Below, in pieces: positions 37,454 through 48,004 of a stretch of DNA of 61,986 bases. Below the pieces are notes generated by a model. It saw only the letters and a list, made by a program, of their open reading frames with translations. It was not told where the DNA came from and made no database searches. The stretch comes from Gemmatimonadota bacterium (lineage in GTDB: Bacteria; Gemmatimonadota; Gemmatimonadetes; Palauibacterales; Palauibacteraceae). Position numbers and translations under genes: made by a program. The stretch lies in contig JBDHAC010000015.1 of the NCBI GenBank assembly GCA_039588275.1, positions 1-61,986 of the forward strand, in the 5' to 3' direction. How positions within the stretch are numbered: the first letter of the stretch is position 1; each line of letters begins with the position of its first letter.

Positions 37454-39799
37454 ATGAAGCCTGGTACGCTCCGTCACATGCTCTTCGGGATGGCCTCCCT
37501 CTCGCTGTGTGCGACGGTCGCCGCACCCTCGATGCCCGGCCCCGGCGGGGGCAAGGCCACGCGCGGTGTGGATGCCGGAGCCATCGCGGCCTCGGTGACG
37601 ATCTACCGAGATGCCTTCGGTGTCCCGCACATCTACGGCCCCACGGACGCGAGCGTGACCTTCGGTCAGGCATACGCCGAGGCCGAGGACAACTGGTGGC
37701 AGGTCGAGGACAACTTCGTCCGCTCGATCGGACGCGCGTCGGAGCTGTACGGCGAGGAGTCGGTACTGGACGACTATCTGACGCGCGCGATGGAGATCCC
37801 ACGCCTCTCCCGCGAGGAGTACGAGCGCGCGACGGATGCGATGCGTTCGCTATACGACGCGTACGCCGAGGGCTTCAACCACTACCTGGAGACCCACCCT
37901 GGTGTCGAGAGGCGTCTGCTCGAGCGCGTGGAGCCGTGGTACGCGATCGCGCTGCTGCGCTTCAAGTACCATCACAACGAGTACATCGGATACGCGGGGC
38001 TGCGGCACGCGGACAGCCAGCGCCTGCTCGAAGGGGCGAGAGTCGAGGAGCCGCCCTCGTCCGGCGTCGATCCTCTCGGAGTGGCCTCGCCTGCCGAGAC
38101 CACGGCCGGCGCGACCTCTCTCAGCGTGCGCCGCTTCCGCTCGCTGGCCTTTCGGGATGATCCGACGCCGGGCGGCGAGTGGCCGCTGGGCTCGAACGAA
38201 TGGGCCATCGCCGGCTCGCGCACCGCGAGCGGATACCCGATGCTGCTCATCAATCCGCATGTCCCGTTCTTCGGTCTGTCGCAATACACGGAGGTTCACC
38301 TGCACAGCGACGAAGGCCTCGTGTTCTCGGGCCTTTCCCGGTTCGGATTCATGTTCCCCTACATGGGGCATAACGAACGGCTCGGGTGGGCGTACACCGA
38401 CAACTACTCCGACATCGGAGACCTGTACGTCGAGACGATCGAGTGGCGCGATGGGAAGCCCCTCTACCGCTACGGGGATGGGTGGCGTGATGTGACGACC
38501 TGGACCGAGACCATAGGCGTCCGGTCGGAGGGTGAGGACGACGAGGTGGAGAGGCGCGAGTACCGGTTCATCAGAACGCACCACGGGCCGGTTCTCGGGA
38601 TGCGGGAGTTGGAGGATGAGGACCTCCCGAGCGGGTCGGATTTGACCGCGGGCACCCACCTTCTCGCGGTCCGGGTCACGATGCTCGAGGAGGGCGGCTG
38701 GTACGACCAATGGTATGGGATGCTGCGTGCGCAGACACTGGACGAGTGGCGCGCGGCGGTCGCGCGATTAGCAGTCCCGTACCAAAACACCATGTACGCC
38801 GATGCGGACGGCAACATCCACTACATCTACAACGCCGCCGTACCTCGCCGATCCACCGCGTACGAGTGGTCCCGCCCCGTCGATGGCAGCGATCCGGGGA
38901 CCGAGTGGAACGGCTACCACGCGTTGGACGAGCTTCCCCAATACCTGAACCCGGCCACTGGATACCTTCAGAACACGAACTCGAACCCGTTCACGGCCAC
39001 CGACGGTCTCACCGATGAGCGGGCGGCGTTCCCACCCTACCTGGTCGGCCGTGAGACCGACAACGCCCGCGCGCGGTCGTCCCGTCGCGTGCTCGGCGAG
39101 CTTCGAAACGTCACCCTCGATGACTTCGCCCACGCCGTCCTCGACACCCGACTGACCGCGGCGGACGACCTGCTCCCCCCGCTCCTGGAGGAGTTTCGAC
39201 AGCTCGAGCAGACGCTCCCTGCCAGGGCCAATCTGGTGCGCAGGGCCGTGGAGGAGCTTGAGGCCTGGGATCGCGAGGCCGCGATCGAGTCGATTGCCAC
39301 GACTCTCTTCGTGCTGTGGGCCGAGATCTGGGATCGTCAGGAAGAACGATTTCAAGAGCAATCGTGGCCGAGGCTCTCGGCCCTGACCGTCGTGCTGGAC
39401 CGGCTGGAGAGGAACTGGGAGACCTGGCGTGTGCCGTGGGGCGACCTCAACCGGATGCAGCGGCCGGATGCGAGCGGCCGGCAGCCGTTCGACGATGATC
39501 AGCCCAGCCTGCCGGTCGCAGGCGCACCAGGGTGGCTCGGCTCGGTGTTCACGTACTCGACGCGGCCCGGGCCAGGGGGAGTACGCCGCTACGGCGTGCA
39601 CGGGAACTCGTTCGTCAAGGTCGTGGAGTTCGGCCCGCAGATTCGGGCCCGCTCGATCCTCACGTTCGGACAGAGCGGGGATCCCGCCTCGGCGCACTAC
39701 TTGGATCAGGCGCCCCTGTACTCGCAGAAGCGATTCAAGCCGGCCTGGTTCTCGCGCGCAGAGGTCGAAGCGAACGCCGAGCGGGTCTACTCGCCGTAG
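37454..39799 (+). CDS. Penicillin acylase family (Ntn hydrolase; AHL/cephalosporin acylase-like)
   Basis: RBS GAGGA, ATG 37454; IYRDAFGVPHIYG; GSNEWAIAGSRT; LLINPH; QNTN; FGQS. Confidence 0.92.
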   Translation: MKPGTLRHMLFGMASLSLCATVAAPSMPGPGGGKATRGVDAGAIAASVTIYRDAFGVPHIYGPTDASVTFGQAYAEAEDNWWQVEDNFVRSIGRASELYGEESVLDDYLTRAMEIPRLSREEYERATDAMRSLYDAYAEGFNHYLETHPGVERRLLERVEPWYAIALLRFKYHHNEYIGYAGLRHADSQRLLEGARVEEPPSSGVDPLGVASPAETTAGATSLSVRRFRSLAFRDDPTPGGEWPLGSNEWAIAGSRTASGYPMLLINPHVPFFGLSQYTEVHLHSDEGLVFSGLSRFGFMFPYMGHNERLGWAYTDNYSDIGDLYVETIEWRDGKPLYRYGDGWRDVTTWTETIGVRSEGEDDEVERREYRFIRTHHGPVLGMRELEDEDLPSGSDLTAGTHLLAVRVTMLEEGGWYDQWYGMLRAQTLDEWRAAVARLAVPYQNTMYADADGNIHYIYNAAVPRRSTAYEWSRPVDGSDPGTEWNGYHALDELPQYLNPATGYLQNTNSNPFTATDGLTDERAAFPPYLVGRETDNARARSSRRVLGELRNVTLDDFAHAVLDTRLTAADDLLPPLLEEFRQLEQTLPARANLVRRAVEELEAWDREAAIESIATTLFVLWAEIWDRQEERFQEQSWPRLSALTVVLDRLERNWETWRVPWGDLNRMQRPDASGRQPFDDDQPSLPVAGAPGWLGSVFTYSTRPGPGGVRRYGVHGNSFVKVVEFGPQIRARSILTFGQSGDPASAHYLDQAPLYSQKRFKPAWFSRAEVEANAERVYSP

Positions 39800-39893
39800 A
39801 CCCAGCTTCCGCCCCGGGCCCGACGACATGATGAGGGCACCGTGAACGCCGTCGGCCACGTCCGCGCCGTCGATGGCGTCCTGCGCAGCGCCT

Positions 39894-40805
39894 CTATCCG
39901 GTCTGTGCCGATTCCGCCTCTCGGTAAAGCCGCTCGGGTGGCCCCCGGAGGTCCCACACTAGCCCCAGCTTCTGGAGCGCGCGCAAGGCGTAGTGTGTGA
40001 GGTCCAGCTCCCACCAATAGAACCCCTGCCGTTCGGAAGTCGGCCATCGGTGATGGTTGTTGTGCCACCCCTCGCCGGCCGTGAGGAGCGCCACCCACCA
40101 GTTGTTGCGGCTGTGGTCGCTCGTGGCAAACCGATGCCGCCCGATCGTATGCGCCACCGAGTTCACGAGGAAAGTGATATGGTAGAGCACGACGGTGCTG
40201 ACGAAGAAGCCCCACCCGAGCAACTGCCACCGAGTGGTGCCGAGCCCCGGCCAGCGGACCTCGAGCCACCAGCCGGTGAGGAACAGACCGAGCGCCAGAC
40301 CGAGAGGGGCCAGCATGTGATTCTTCTCCAGGAATCGGAGCTCGGGATATCGCCCCAGGTCGCGGACGACAGAGGCATCGTATCCCTTGTACTTGCGGCA
40401 GAGGATCCAGCCCGCGTGTGCCCACCAGAAGCCACCGATTCCGGGGGAGTGGACGTCGTCCTCCGTATCGGCGTGGCGGTGGTGGAGCCGATGATGTGAA
40501 GCCCACCAAAGGGGTCCGTTCTGTCCGGCGCTCGCCCCCAGCCACGCGAGCGCGAACTGGAACGTCCGGCTGGTCTTGTAGGAACGGTGGGAGAACAAGC
40601 GGTGGTAACCACCGGTGATTCCTAACAGGCGGACCCAGAGCGTGAGCAGCGCGACGACGGCCGCGGGCCAGCTCAGGCCGGTGAACAGGACCATGAGCGC
40701 CCCGAGATGCATCCCCGTGAACGCCCAGCTGGCGAGCAGATCGGTCCGCTCCTCGTCGCGCACCGCCGCCGGATCGATCTGGGCTCGACCCGCAGTCTCG
40801 ATCAC
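39894..40805 (-). CDS. Delta-9-type acyl-CoA/lipid desaturase
   Basis: His boxes [28 protein letters not shown] overlap with the upstream gene. Confidence 0.92.
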   Translation of the reverse strand: MIETAGRAQIDPAAVRDEERTDLLASWAFTGMHLGALMVLFTGLSWPAAVVALLTLWVRLLGITGGYHRLFSHRSYKTSRTFQFALAWLGASAGQNGPLWWASHHRLHHRHADTEDDVHSPGIGGFWWAHAGWILCRKYKGYDASVVRDLGRYPELRFLEKNHMLAPLGLALGLFLTGWWLEVRWPGLGTTRWQLLGWGFFVSTVVLYHITFLVNSVAHTIGRHRFATSDHSRNNWWVALLTAGEGWHNNHHRWPTSERQGFYWWELDLTHYALRALQKLGLVWDLRGPPERLYREAESAQTG

Positions 40806-41908
40806 GCTCGCCCCGATGTCGCGGCCGAGGCGGCCTTGACCGAGCCGGCGTGGGCCGGCGGCACCACACTCTCGAGCGCGGGCTTCGAGAACCGATAGTG
40901 AGCCACTCCCCACTCGCCGCCATACCCGTACGCGAACGTCTCGGCGACGGCGAGGAAGAAGAGTCGCCAGCGCTGGAGCCAGCGCCGGTTCTCCTCCGGA
41001 CCGTACGTGTCCGCGAGGATTTCGCGCACGCGAGCCTGATTGGAGTCGAGTCGGCGAAGCCACGCCTCGGCGGTTCGAGCGTAATGCGTTCCGGGCACGA
41101 ACCACTCGTCCTGCACCCGGAGCGAGCCGCTGAACCTCGTGAGCAACGTGCGGCTGGGCATCAAGCCACCCGTGAAGAAGTGCCGGCCCATCCAGTCACC
41201 GGCTCCGTCGGTCGCGAACCTGTACGCCCGTTCGTGATGACAGAAGACGTGGACGAACAGACAGCCTCCGGGGCGCAGCCAGCGCGCGACACGCCCCATC
41301 AGTGCCTGGTAGTTGTTCATGTGCTCAAACATCTCGATGGATACGATCCGATCGAAGCGTGACTCTCCGAGGTCGAGATCGTTCACGTCGGCCGTCACGA
41401 CCCGCACGTTGACGAGACCCAGCCGGGCTGCCTCACGTTCGATGAACGCCCCCTGCGAATGGGAGTGCGATACCGCGGTAAAGCGACTGCCGGGGTACCG
41501 TGCTGCGGCGAACAGCGTAAGGGCGCCCCAGCCGCACCCGAGGTCGAGAACATCTTGGTCGTCCGCGAGGAGGGCGCGCCGGCAGGTCAGGCCCAGCATC
41601 GCCTCCTCGGCCTCATCCAGCGTCCCGACCTCCACGCCCCAAAACCCGCTTGAGTACTTGCGCCAGCGGCCGAGCACGAGCTGGAAGAACTCGGCCGGAA
41701 CCTCGTAGTGCTGTTCGTTCGCCTCGAGCGACGCGAGCGCGATGGGGCCCGCGCGCAGCGCCGCCTCATCCAGTGGGGGCGAGTTCCGGGTCTGTTTGAG
41801 ACGCCCGCGGATGAGCGTCCGGATCCCCACGCGGGCGATCCGGTCGTCCAGTCGACCACTCTCGACGAGCGCGATCGCCCCCCGCGTCACGGCGGCACGC
41901 AAACTCAT
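40802..41908 (-). CDS. Cfa-like SAM-dependent methyltransferase (second copy)
   Basis: [43 protein letters not shown] overlap. Confidence 0.9.
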   Translation of the reverse strand: MSLRAAVTRGAIALVESGRLDDRIARVGIRTLIRGRLKQTRNSPPLDEAALRAGPIALASLEANEQHYEVPAEFFQLVLGRWRKYSSGFWGVEVGTLDEAEEAMLGLTCRRALLADDQDVLDLGCGWGALTLFAAARYPGSRFTAVSHSHSQGAFIEREAARLGLVNVRVVTADVNDLDLGESRFDRIVSIEMFEHMNNYQALMGRVARWLRPGGCLFVHVFCHHERAYRFATDGAGDWMGRHFFTGGLMPSRTLLTRFSGSLRVQDEWFVPGTHYARTAEAWLRRLDSNQARVREILADTYGPEENRRWLQRWRLFFLAVAETFAYGYGGEWGVAHYRFSKPALESVVPPAHAGSVKAASAATSGRA

Positions 41909-42696
41909 GCGTCGTCCGAAGAAAACCAGGGAAAGAAGGCGGAAGTCGTGCGCTGATAGCGGCGATACTCCTCGCCCCGGCTCAAAACCGCACGCTTCTC
42001 GATCGGAGGGATCCCGGTAACAAACAGAATGAAGACCAACATGAGCACAGGCGCGAGCGCCATCGCAGGCAGGAGAGGCGATCCGACCGCGATCGGGATG
42101 TACGCTAGCCAGTGCAGCCATTCGAAGAAGTAATTGGGGTGCCGCGAGTACCTCCAGAGCCCGACGCGACATACTCGACCGCTGTTGGCCGGATCTTCCC
42201 GGAAGCGCGACAGCTGTCCGTCCGATATGGACTCACCGGAGATCGAGATGACCCACACGAGCAACCCGAGCCCATCCCACAGCCGGAGTGCCGACGCCGG
42301 CGTCAGCATGGCGAGCAGGAAGTGGATCGACAGCACGACCACCAACAGACCCTGGAACTGGAAGAAGACGAAGAAGCGACCCTGTGCCGCCAGCCCCCAC
42401 TTCGTCCGCAGATCCTGGTAGCGGCCGTCCTCGCCCGGCACGAGCACGCGCTTCAGAAGCAGATAGAAGGCCAGACGGCCCGCCCAGAGGGCCGCCATCG
42501 CGGCGACGAGCCAACGGCGAGCCGCGCGCCCATCCGGGATGGTAAGGGTGTAGAAGACGGCGGCGCCCCCGAGACCGGCGGTCCAGCCCAGATCGACCAC
42601 GTCTGCCTCGAGAACCCGCCGCTGGGCCAGCCACAGGCTGGCCATGACGACGGACATCACGACGGCGACGAGCACGACGGCGACGACGGGACTCAT
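41905..42696 (-). CDS. DUF1295 (steroid 5-alpha reductase-like) membrane protein
   Basis: [42 protein letters not shown]. Confidence 0.9.
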   Translation of the reverse strand: MSPVVAVVLVAVVMSVVMASLWLAQRRVLEADVVDLGWTAGLGGAAVFYTLTIPDGRAARRWLVAAMAALWAGRLAFYLLLKRVLVPGEDGRYQDLRTKWGLAAQGRFFVFFQFQGLLVVVLSIHFLLAMLTPASALRLWDGLGLLVWVISISGESISDGQLSRFREDPANSGRVCRVGLWRYSRHPNYFFEWLHWLAYIPIAVGSPLLPAMALAPVLMLVFILFVTGIPPIEKRAVLSRGEEYRRYQRTTSAFFPWFSSDDA

Positions 42697-43964
42697 GCTC
42701 CCGCCTCCGCCGGCCGGCTCAGAACGAGCTGAAGATCGGCGATGTAGCGAGTCCGGAAGGCGGCCTCGCAATACGCGAAATAGTACTCCCACCGGCGCAC
42801 GAAGCCGTCATCGAAGCCCAGCGCGTGCACCTGCGATCGCAGCTCCAGCAACCGCTCGCGCCACCGCGCGAGGGTGGGGCCGTAATGCTCTGCGATGTCC
42901 TCGAGCTCGCTCACATCTAGCCTCGTCCGCTCCCGCATTGCGCGGCGCATTGCCCCGAGTGAGGGGAGATGCGCGCCCGGGAAGATGAACTTCTGGATGA
43001 AATCGGGACGCAGTCTGTATCGGCCGTACCGCTCGTCCGGGATCGTGATCACCTGCACGACCGCGCGACCGCCCGGTGCTAGAACGCGATCGCACGCCTC
43101 GAAGAATCGGGGCAGATAGCGGTGCCCGACGGCCTCGAGCATCTCGATCGACACGATCCGGTCGAAAAGTCCATCGAGCGAGCGGTAGTCGCGAAGCTCG
43201 ATCGAGACTCGATCCTCCAGGCCAGCCCGCTGCATGCGCTCGCGGGCGTACGCCGCCTGCGACTCCGAGATCGTTATGCCCGTGACGCGGCAACCGAACT
43301 CGCGCGCTGCCACCTCGGCGAAGCCCCCCCAGCCGCAACCGATCTCGAGCAGGTGTTGTCCCGCCTGGAGTCGCGCCTTGCGCGCGACTCGCCGGTACTT
43401 GGTCAACTGGGCGTCCTCGAGATCCTGGCCGGAGTCCAAGAAAAACGCGCAGGAGTAGGTCATCGATGGATCGAGAAAGAGCTCGAAGAACTCGTTCCCC
43501 AGGTCGTAGTGCGCCTCGATGTTTTGTCGCGCGCGCGACCGCGTGTTCCGACGCATCTGGTGCCCGATCCAGGCCCGGACCGCGCCGATCCAGAACAGCG
43601 GGCTGCCTCGCTTCAACCGCCCCCGGTTCAAGATCCCGAGCCGAACCGCCTCCACCAGCGAATCGGTAGACCACTCGCCCCGGATGTACGCCTCCCCCGC
43701 TCCCGTCTCGCCATCGAGCAGCATGCGGCTGAAGAAGCGCGGGTCGTGAACATCGATGCGAACTCTGGGCCCGGGCTCTCCTCCCTCGAACAATCGCTGG
43801 AGGCCGTCCGGACATCGGATCTCGAGCGCCCCACGGTGCATCCGTTTCAGTGACCGGAACAACGTCGCGCGGGCGATCCGGTCCAGGCTGCTCCCCCGCG
43901 CGGGCGCAGACGCCCCCGATCGAAGCGGAGAGGCCGGCGCCGCCGTCGTGCGCGAGCTGTTCAT
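42693..43964 (-). CDS. cfa: Cyclopropane-fatty-acyl-phospholipid synthase family methyltransferase (UfaM-like)
   Basis: NIEAHYDLGN, MTYSCA, LEIGCGWGG, SIEMLEAVG, FIQKFIFPG, YCEAAF. Confidence 0.88.
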   Translation of the reverse strand: MNSSRTTAAPASPLRSGASAPARGSSLDRIARATLFRSLKRMHRGALEIRCPDGLQRLFEGGEPGPRVRIDVHDPRFFSRMLLDGETGAGEAYIRGEWSTDSLVEAVRLGILNRGRLKRGSPLFWIGAVRAWIGHQMRRNTRSRARQNIEAHYDLGNEFFELFLDPSMTYSCAFFLDSGQDLEDAQLTKYRRVARKARLQAGQHLLEIGCGWGGFAEVAAREFGCRVTGITISESQAAYARERMQRAGLEDRVSIELRDYRSLDGLFDRIVSIEMLEAVGHRYLPRFFEACDRVLAPGGRAVVQVITIPDERYGRYRLRPDFIQKFIFPGAHLPSLGAMRRAMRERTRLDVSELEDIAEHYGPTLARWRERLLELRSQVHALGFDDGFVRRWEYYFAYCEAAFRTRYIADLQLVLSRPAEAGA

Positions 43965-44740
43965 GCGGCCTCCAGGTCGTTTTCGGGCGGGTCGGGCTTC
44001 CTGAACAACGGCACGCGCTTCAGCCACAACCGGAGCGCCTGTCGGTGGATGAGGTAGATCGTACGCGCGGTCAGGTGCGGGTGCCTGATGAGCGCCTTCG
44101 CGAGCAAACGGTCGGTGAGCGGCCGTCGCTTCAGGTTCAGCGTCGCGTCGAAGAACTTCTCCCCCCTGTCGAACTCGTCGATGTGGATGGTGATATGGTC
44201 CTCGGGCGGTGTGAGGATCCAATCGTAGCTGATGTCATCCATCGAGATGAACGGCGATACGTGAAAGACCTTGTCCCGCCGCGAGCGGACGGCCCGCCCG
44301 CCAATCCGCTCACCGTCGTCGAGCAGGTAGCAATACGTTTCCCCGAACGTGTTGTTGACCTCGGCGACGACGAACTGCAGACCGCCACCGGGATCGAGAC
44401 AGAAGAAGTAAGACACCGGGTTGAACACGTAGCCCAGCACGCGGGGGCTCGTGAGCAGCAGCACGGGCCCATCGCCGAGCGCCTTTCCGCGCCTTGCCAG
44501 CCACCCGGAGAGCTTTACACGCACGGGGACGTCCGCCCGCCCGAGGTGATCCGAGTCGTGGAATGCGGTGACGTTCCGACCGTTGTAGCTGAATAGCCGG
44601 AGCTCACGGCCGAGCGCAGGCAGCTCATCCAGATCGATGAGGAGCTGGTACACGCCATACTGGAACGCGTTGGATGCGGGGGACAGCCTTCGGTGACGCA
44701 CGGTCCCCACGTACAGCCCGGAGCGGCGAGGCGCGCTCAT
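43961..44740 (-). CDS. DUF1365-family protein (UfaO-like)
   Basis: GTVRHRR, PRVLGYVFNPVSYFFC, AEVNNTFGE, KVFHVSPF, IHRQALRLWLK. Confidence 0.9.
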   Translation of the reverse strand: MSAPRRSGLYVGTVRHRRLSPASNAFQYGVYQLLIDLDELPALGRELRLFSYNGRNVTAFHDSDHLGRADVPVRVKLSGWLARRGKALGDGPVLLLTSPRVLGYVFNPVSYFFCLDPGGGLQFVVAEVNNTFGETYCYLLDDGERIGGRAVRSRRDKVFHVSPFISMDDISYDWILTPPEDHITIHIDEFDRGEKFFDATLNLKRRPLTDRLLAKALIRHPHLTARTIYLIHRQALRLWLKRVPLFRKPDPPENDLEAA

Positions 44741-46056
44741 GTCCAGCGTCCGCCGAGGCTCTCCGCAGCCTCGACGCCAGAGCGCAGCGCATCTTCGTGG
44801 AACCCGAACCCGAGGTAGGCGCCGCAGAAATACGTGCCGTTCTCGCCGTTGAGCTCGGACAGCGCGGACTGGGTCTCCACGCTCTCGGGGGTGAACATCG
44901 GGTGTCTGTATGTCATGCGCGCCAGTGCATGTCGTGGAGGCGCCTCTAGGTTCAGACTGACCAGGTACTTCAGCCGGGCTTCCAGTCCCTGCAGCCGGTT
45001 CAGGTTGTAGGTCATCGTGGTGCGTGGAGCAGGCGCTCGGCAATCGCCGAGATGGTAATTCCAGGACGCCTGTGCGGCTTGCCGCGAGCTCAACACGTCG
45101 GCGTCCGAGTGGAGCCACGTGTCGCTCTCTGCGTATCGCCACGCGCCCAGAAGCTCACGCTCCGCCGCGGTGGGCTCCTGCAGGAGCTTCAGGGCCTGGT
45201 CGGCGTGCGTCGCGAGGATCACGCGGTCGAAGGAGCGGCTGCCGCCGTCCGCGAAGTGTAGCCGGAGCCCTCCGGAACCCCGTTCCACCGCTCGTACCGC
45301 CGCGCCGGTTTGTACGCTCGGACCGAGCCTGCGACGCATCGCGTCGACGTACCAGCGACTGCCGCCGACCACGGTCCGCCACTGCAAGCGCCCGAGCGTC
45401 TGGAACAGCCGATGACGCTGAAAGAACTCGACGAACGTCGCTGCCGGGAAGCGCGCCACGTCCGGTATGCCCGTCGACCACAAGGCGGAAGCCAGCGGAA
45501 GGACGTAGTGTCTGCCCAGGTCGGGACCGTACCCGTTTGCCTCGGCCAGCTGAGCGATGGTTCCCACAGGCCCGAGGGGGTCGACCTCCTCGAACCCCAC
45601 GGGGCGGTGTCCATTGGCCTCTGTCTGTGGACGCGGGTCGAGGGCGCGTCCGTGACCGTGAAAGCGCTGGATGTCGACCAGGAATCGAAGGAAGGCCGGT
45701 TTGAACGCGTTCCTCCGATCCGCGAACACGCCTCCGAAGCCGAGACCGCTGAAGACCAGGTCACAGCGGTCACACCGGACGGAGAACGACATGTTCGTGT
45801 CGCGCGTCGCGACCTCCAACCGCTCGAAGAGGCGCGACAGCAGGGGATAGGTCTCGCGATTGTAGACTATGAACCCCGTGTCCAGAGAAAGACGTCCATC
45901 CGGCGTCTCGACCTGATGGGTGTGGGTATGCCCTCCGAGGTGATCACGACGCTCGAAAAGGTGCACGTCGTGGAAGGGATGCAGCATCCACGCGGCACCC
46001 AGGCCGGCCACGCCTCCTCCAACGACTGCGATCTCGAGGCCCGGCTTCGTACTCAT
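44737..46056 (-). CDS. FAD-dependent oxidoreductase (UfaD-like)
   Basis: IAVVGGGVAG, LGGHTHT, DTGFIVYN..TYP, ATHADQAL, ASWNY, CGAYLGFGFHED. Confidence 0.9.
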   Translation of the reverse strand: MSTKPGLEIAVVGGGVAGLGAAWMLHPFHDVHLFERRDHLGGHTHTHQVETPDGRLSLDTGFIVYNRETYPLLSRLFERLEVATRDTNMSFSVRCDRCDLVFSGLGFGGVFADRRNAFKPAFLRFLVDIQRFHGHGRALDPRPQTEANGHRPVGFEEVDPLGPVGTIAQLAEANGYGPDLGRHYVLPLASALWSTGIPDVARFPAATFVEFFQRHRLFQTLGRLQWRTVVGGSRWYVDAMRRRLGPSVQTGAAVRAVERGSGGLRLHFADGGSRSFDRVILATHADQALKLLQEPTAAERELLGAWRYAESDTWLHSDADVLSSRQAAQASWNYHLGDCRAPAPRTTMTYNLNRLQGLEARLKYLVSLNLEAPPRHALARMTYRHPMFTPESVETQSALSELNGENGTYFCGAYLGFGFHEDALRSGVEAAESLGGRWT

Positions 46057-46204
46057 ATCGAGGCCAAGACGACAGGGAGACCGCCCGAACGTGCGCTCAC
46101 CAGAGGAGCGGCCAGGCGCGAACGGGCTGCCCCTGTCGAGAGTTCTCTCCTACGTTCCGAGCGTGGCACGATCTGTTACCGGACCTCGGCTCGGCATCGG
46201 CTCC

Positions 46205-46771
46205 CTACGAGCCAAGCCTCACCTTGAGTCCTCCGGTAAACGGCCACACGAATGCCGCGTCGGTGCCGAGCACGTCCTCATCCGCGAACGCGATGTCACC
46301 CTGGGGGCTGGCGAAGATGGCGAGGTTGTCCAAGACCCAATAACCGATCTCCGCGCCGGCGTTGATCGCGAAGTAGGTCTCCGTATCCACGCCTTCCGCG
46401 TCGATGTTGAACGAGAGGGCACCAGCCCCCGCGTTGATGCTGACGTAGAACGGGTCATCGGGATTCGTGAGCAGGACCCCGATGCCTCCGATCAGGTGAA
46501 GGACGTCGACGTCGGGGCCCGCGACGCCACTGACCTCCTCACCCCCGTGCAAGCTGTAATCGATGTTGGCCCTGAGCTCGACCCGCTCCCCGAGCATTAC
46601 GCCGAGGCCCCCGCCCAGGTCGAAGCCGGTCTTGGCCGCGTCCGCGACGTCACCGGTGGGCACGCCGATTCCAGCTCGAGCGTTCAAGGTCACCTGAGCC
46701 TCTAAGGTCGAGATGGAAAGCCCGATCGCGAGGCCCGCGGCCGCAAGACTGAGAACAAAGCTCCTTCGCAT
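46205..46771 (-). CDS. Small outer-membrane beta-barrel protein
   Basis: Signal peptide; alternating amphipathic strands; ends GLKVRLGS. Confidence 0.8.
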   Translation of the reverse strand: MRRSFVLSLAAAGLAIGLSISTLEAQVTLNARAGIGVPTGDVADAAKTGFDLGGGLGVMLGERVELRANIDYSLHGGEEVSGVAGPDVDVLHLIGGIGVLLTNPDDPFYVSINAGAGALSFNIDAEGVDTETYFAINAGAEIGYWVLDNLAIFASPQGDIAFADEDVLGTDAAFVWPFTGGLKVRLGS

Positions 46772-46859
46772 GTCTAAAACCCTCTGATATTGTTAGTTAG
46801 CCAGGTCTTCGCTTGGCATACAGCCGAAAGCTACGCAGGAAGGGGTATCGATGTCAAGT

Positions 46860-46887
46860 ATATGTCCAGTACAATAGCTGGACATAT
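46860..46887. promoter_or_regulatory. Perfect 10-bp inverted repeat (operator or terminator hairpin)
   Basis: ATATGTCCAG-TACAATAG-CTGGACATAT in an AT-rich intergenic patch. Confidence 0.6.
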
Positions 46888-46930
46888 TGAGGGGGAGGGA
46901 GTGGTTGGGGGCCCGCGAAGGAAGGAGGAC

Positions 46931-47938
46931 TCAGCCGCGCTCGAGCCGTAACAGGCGCTGGAAGCCGGACACCGGGGTTAGCTCGCGATCCACGATCGCG
47001 GCGATCTCCTCTTCCTCCCGCCAGCGCCGCTCGATCTCGGCCAGCTCCAGCTCGAGCAGGCGACGCTCGTTCTCTTCGTTGACCGCGATCTCGAGGGCCA
47101 GGGCGTGCGTGGTTTCGAGCTTCCCGATGCCTATCTGTCGCTCGGCGAGACGTTGACCGAGACGCTCGGCGGAGCCCGCCTCGAGTATAGCGCCGGTCGC
47201 GGACTTGAGCTGCTCGCCGGTCGCGCCGGCGTAGTTGTTGTACGCGAGAACCCGACGCAGGGTGTAGTCCGCTTCGGATCCCGTCAGGAGAAAGCCACCC
47301 TCGGCACGACGGGAGTGGCAAACCGCGCAGCGGTGAAAGAGTCCCAGCCCGTCCACCGTGTTCCAGACGGTCAGGTTCTTTCGCTGATCGAACTCCAGGT
47401 GCGTGAGGGCGTTTCCACAGTTCGGGCACACCGTGTGTCCGCGCCACGCCGTCTTCCCGAACCGTAGCCGCCGACCGATATACGGGACGCGCTGGCTCCC
47501 GCGCCACAGGAGGTAGTAGCCGAACCCGCCGGCCACCATCCCGCTGAAGCCCAGCGTCACGGCCGCGCCCACCCCCGCCGCGGTCAGCACGTGAAACCGG
47601 GTGCGACGGCGCTTGAACTCCCGCCCGTAACGCCACCACGCCTCTTCGCGCAGCTGGGCGCGGCCCACGCGCACGATTTGCAGGTCGCCGCTCCGGAGGA
47701 GCGAGATGTTGTCGGTCTGCGCCAGTAGCCGCGCGCTGTCCGTCACGATCTTCTCGAGCTCCTCGAGCGCCTCCCAGCGCTCCTCGATGGGAGCGAGCGT
47801 CCAGCGGTGGCACTTGGGACAGATCTGCCACAGGCGGCCACGAGCGGGGTCGTACGCGAGCTTGCGGCCGGCGCGCAGGTATTCGAGCGACTCGTTGGTC
47901 GCGAACGGGTGACGGCAGAAGGCGCAGTGAGTGAACAT
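46931..47938 (-). CDS. Hypothetical protein with four CxxC pairs (two putative zinc ribbons) and a central TM segment
   Basis: CAFC...CPKC and CPNC...CAVC; charged C-terminal helix. Confidence 0.8.
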   Translation of the reverse strand: MFTHCAFCRHPFATNESLEYLRAGRKLAYDPARGRLWQICPKCHRWTLAPIEERWEALEELEKIVTDSARLLAQTDNISLLRSGDLQIVRVGRAQLREEAWWRYGREFKRRRTRFHVLTAAGVGAAVTLGFSGMVAGGFGYYLLWRGSQRVPYIGRRLRFGKTAWRGHTVCPNCGNALTHLEFDQRKNLTVWNTVDGLGLFHRCAVCHSRRAEGGFLLTGSEADYTLRRVLAYNNYAGATGEQLKSATGAILEAGSAERLGQRLAERQIGIGKLETTHALALEIAVNEENERRLLELELAEIERRWREEEEIAAIVDRELTPVSGFQRLLRLERG

Positions 47939-48004
47939 CGATTATTAGTACGATAACGACGTTCGCCAGGTTCTGTCTGCACGCGTGGGTCGAGGGGGCT
48001 ACGT

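Noticed and set aside
46130..46185. RpoE/ChrR-type promoter for the fatty-acid operon (AGATCG...CGTA on the minus strand)
   Set aside because: Poor match and spacing; no chrR in the window.
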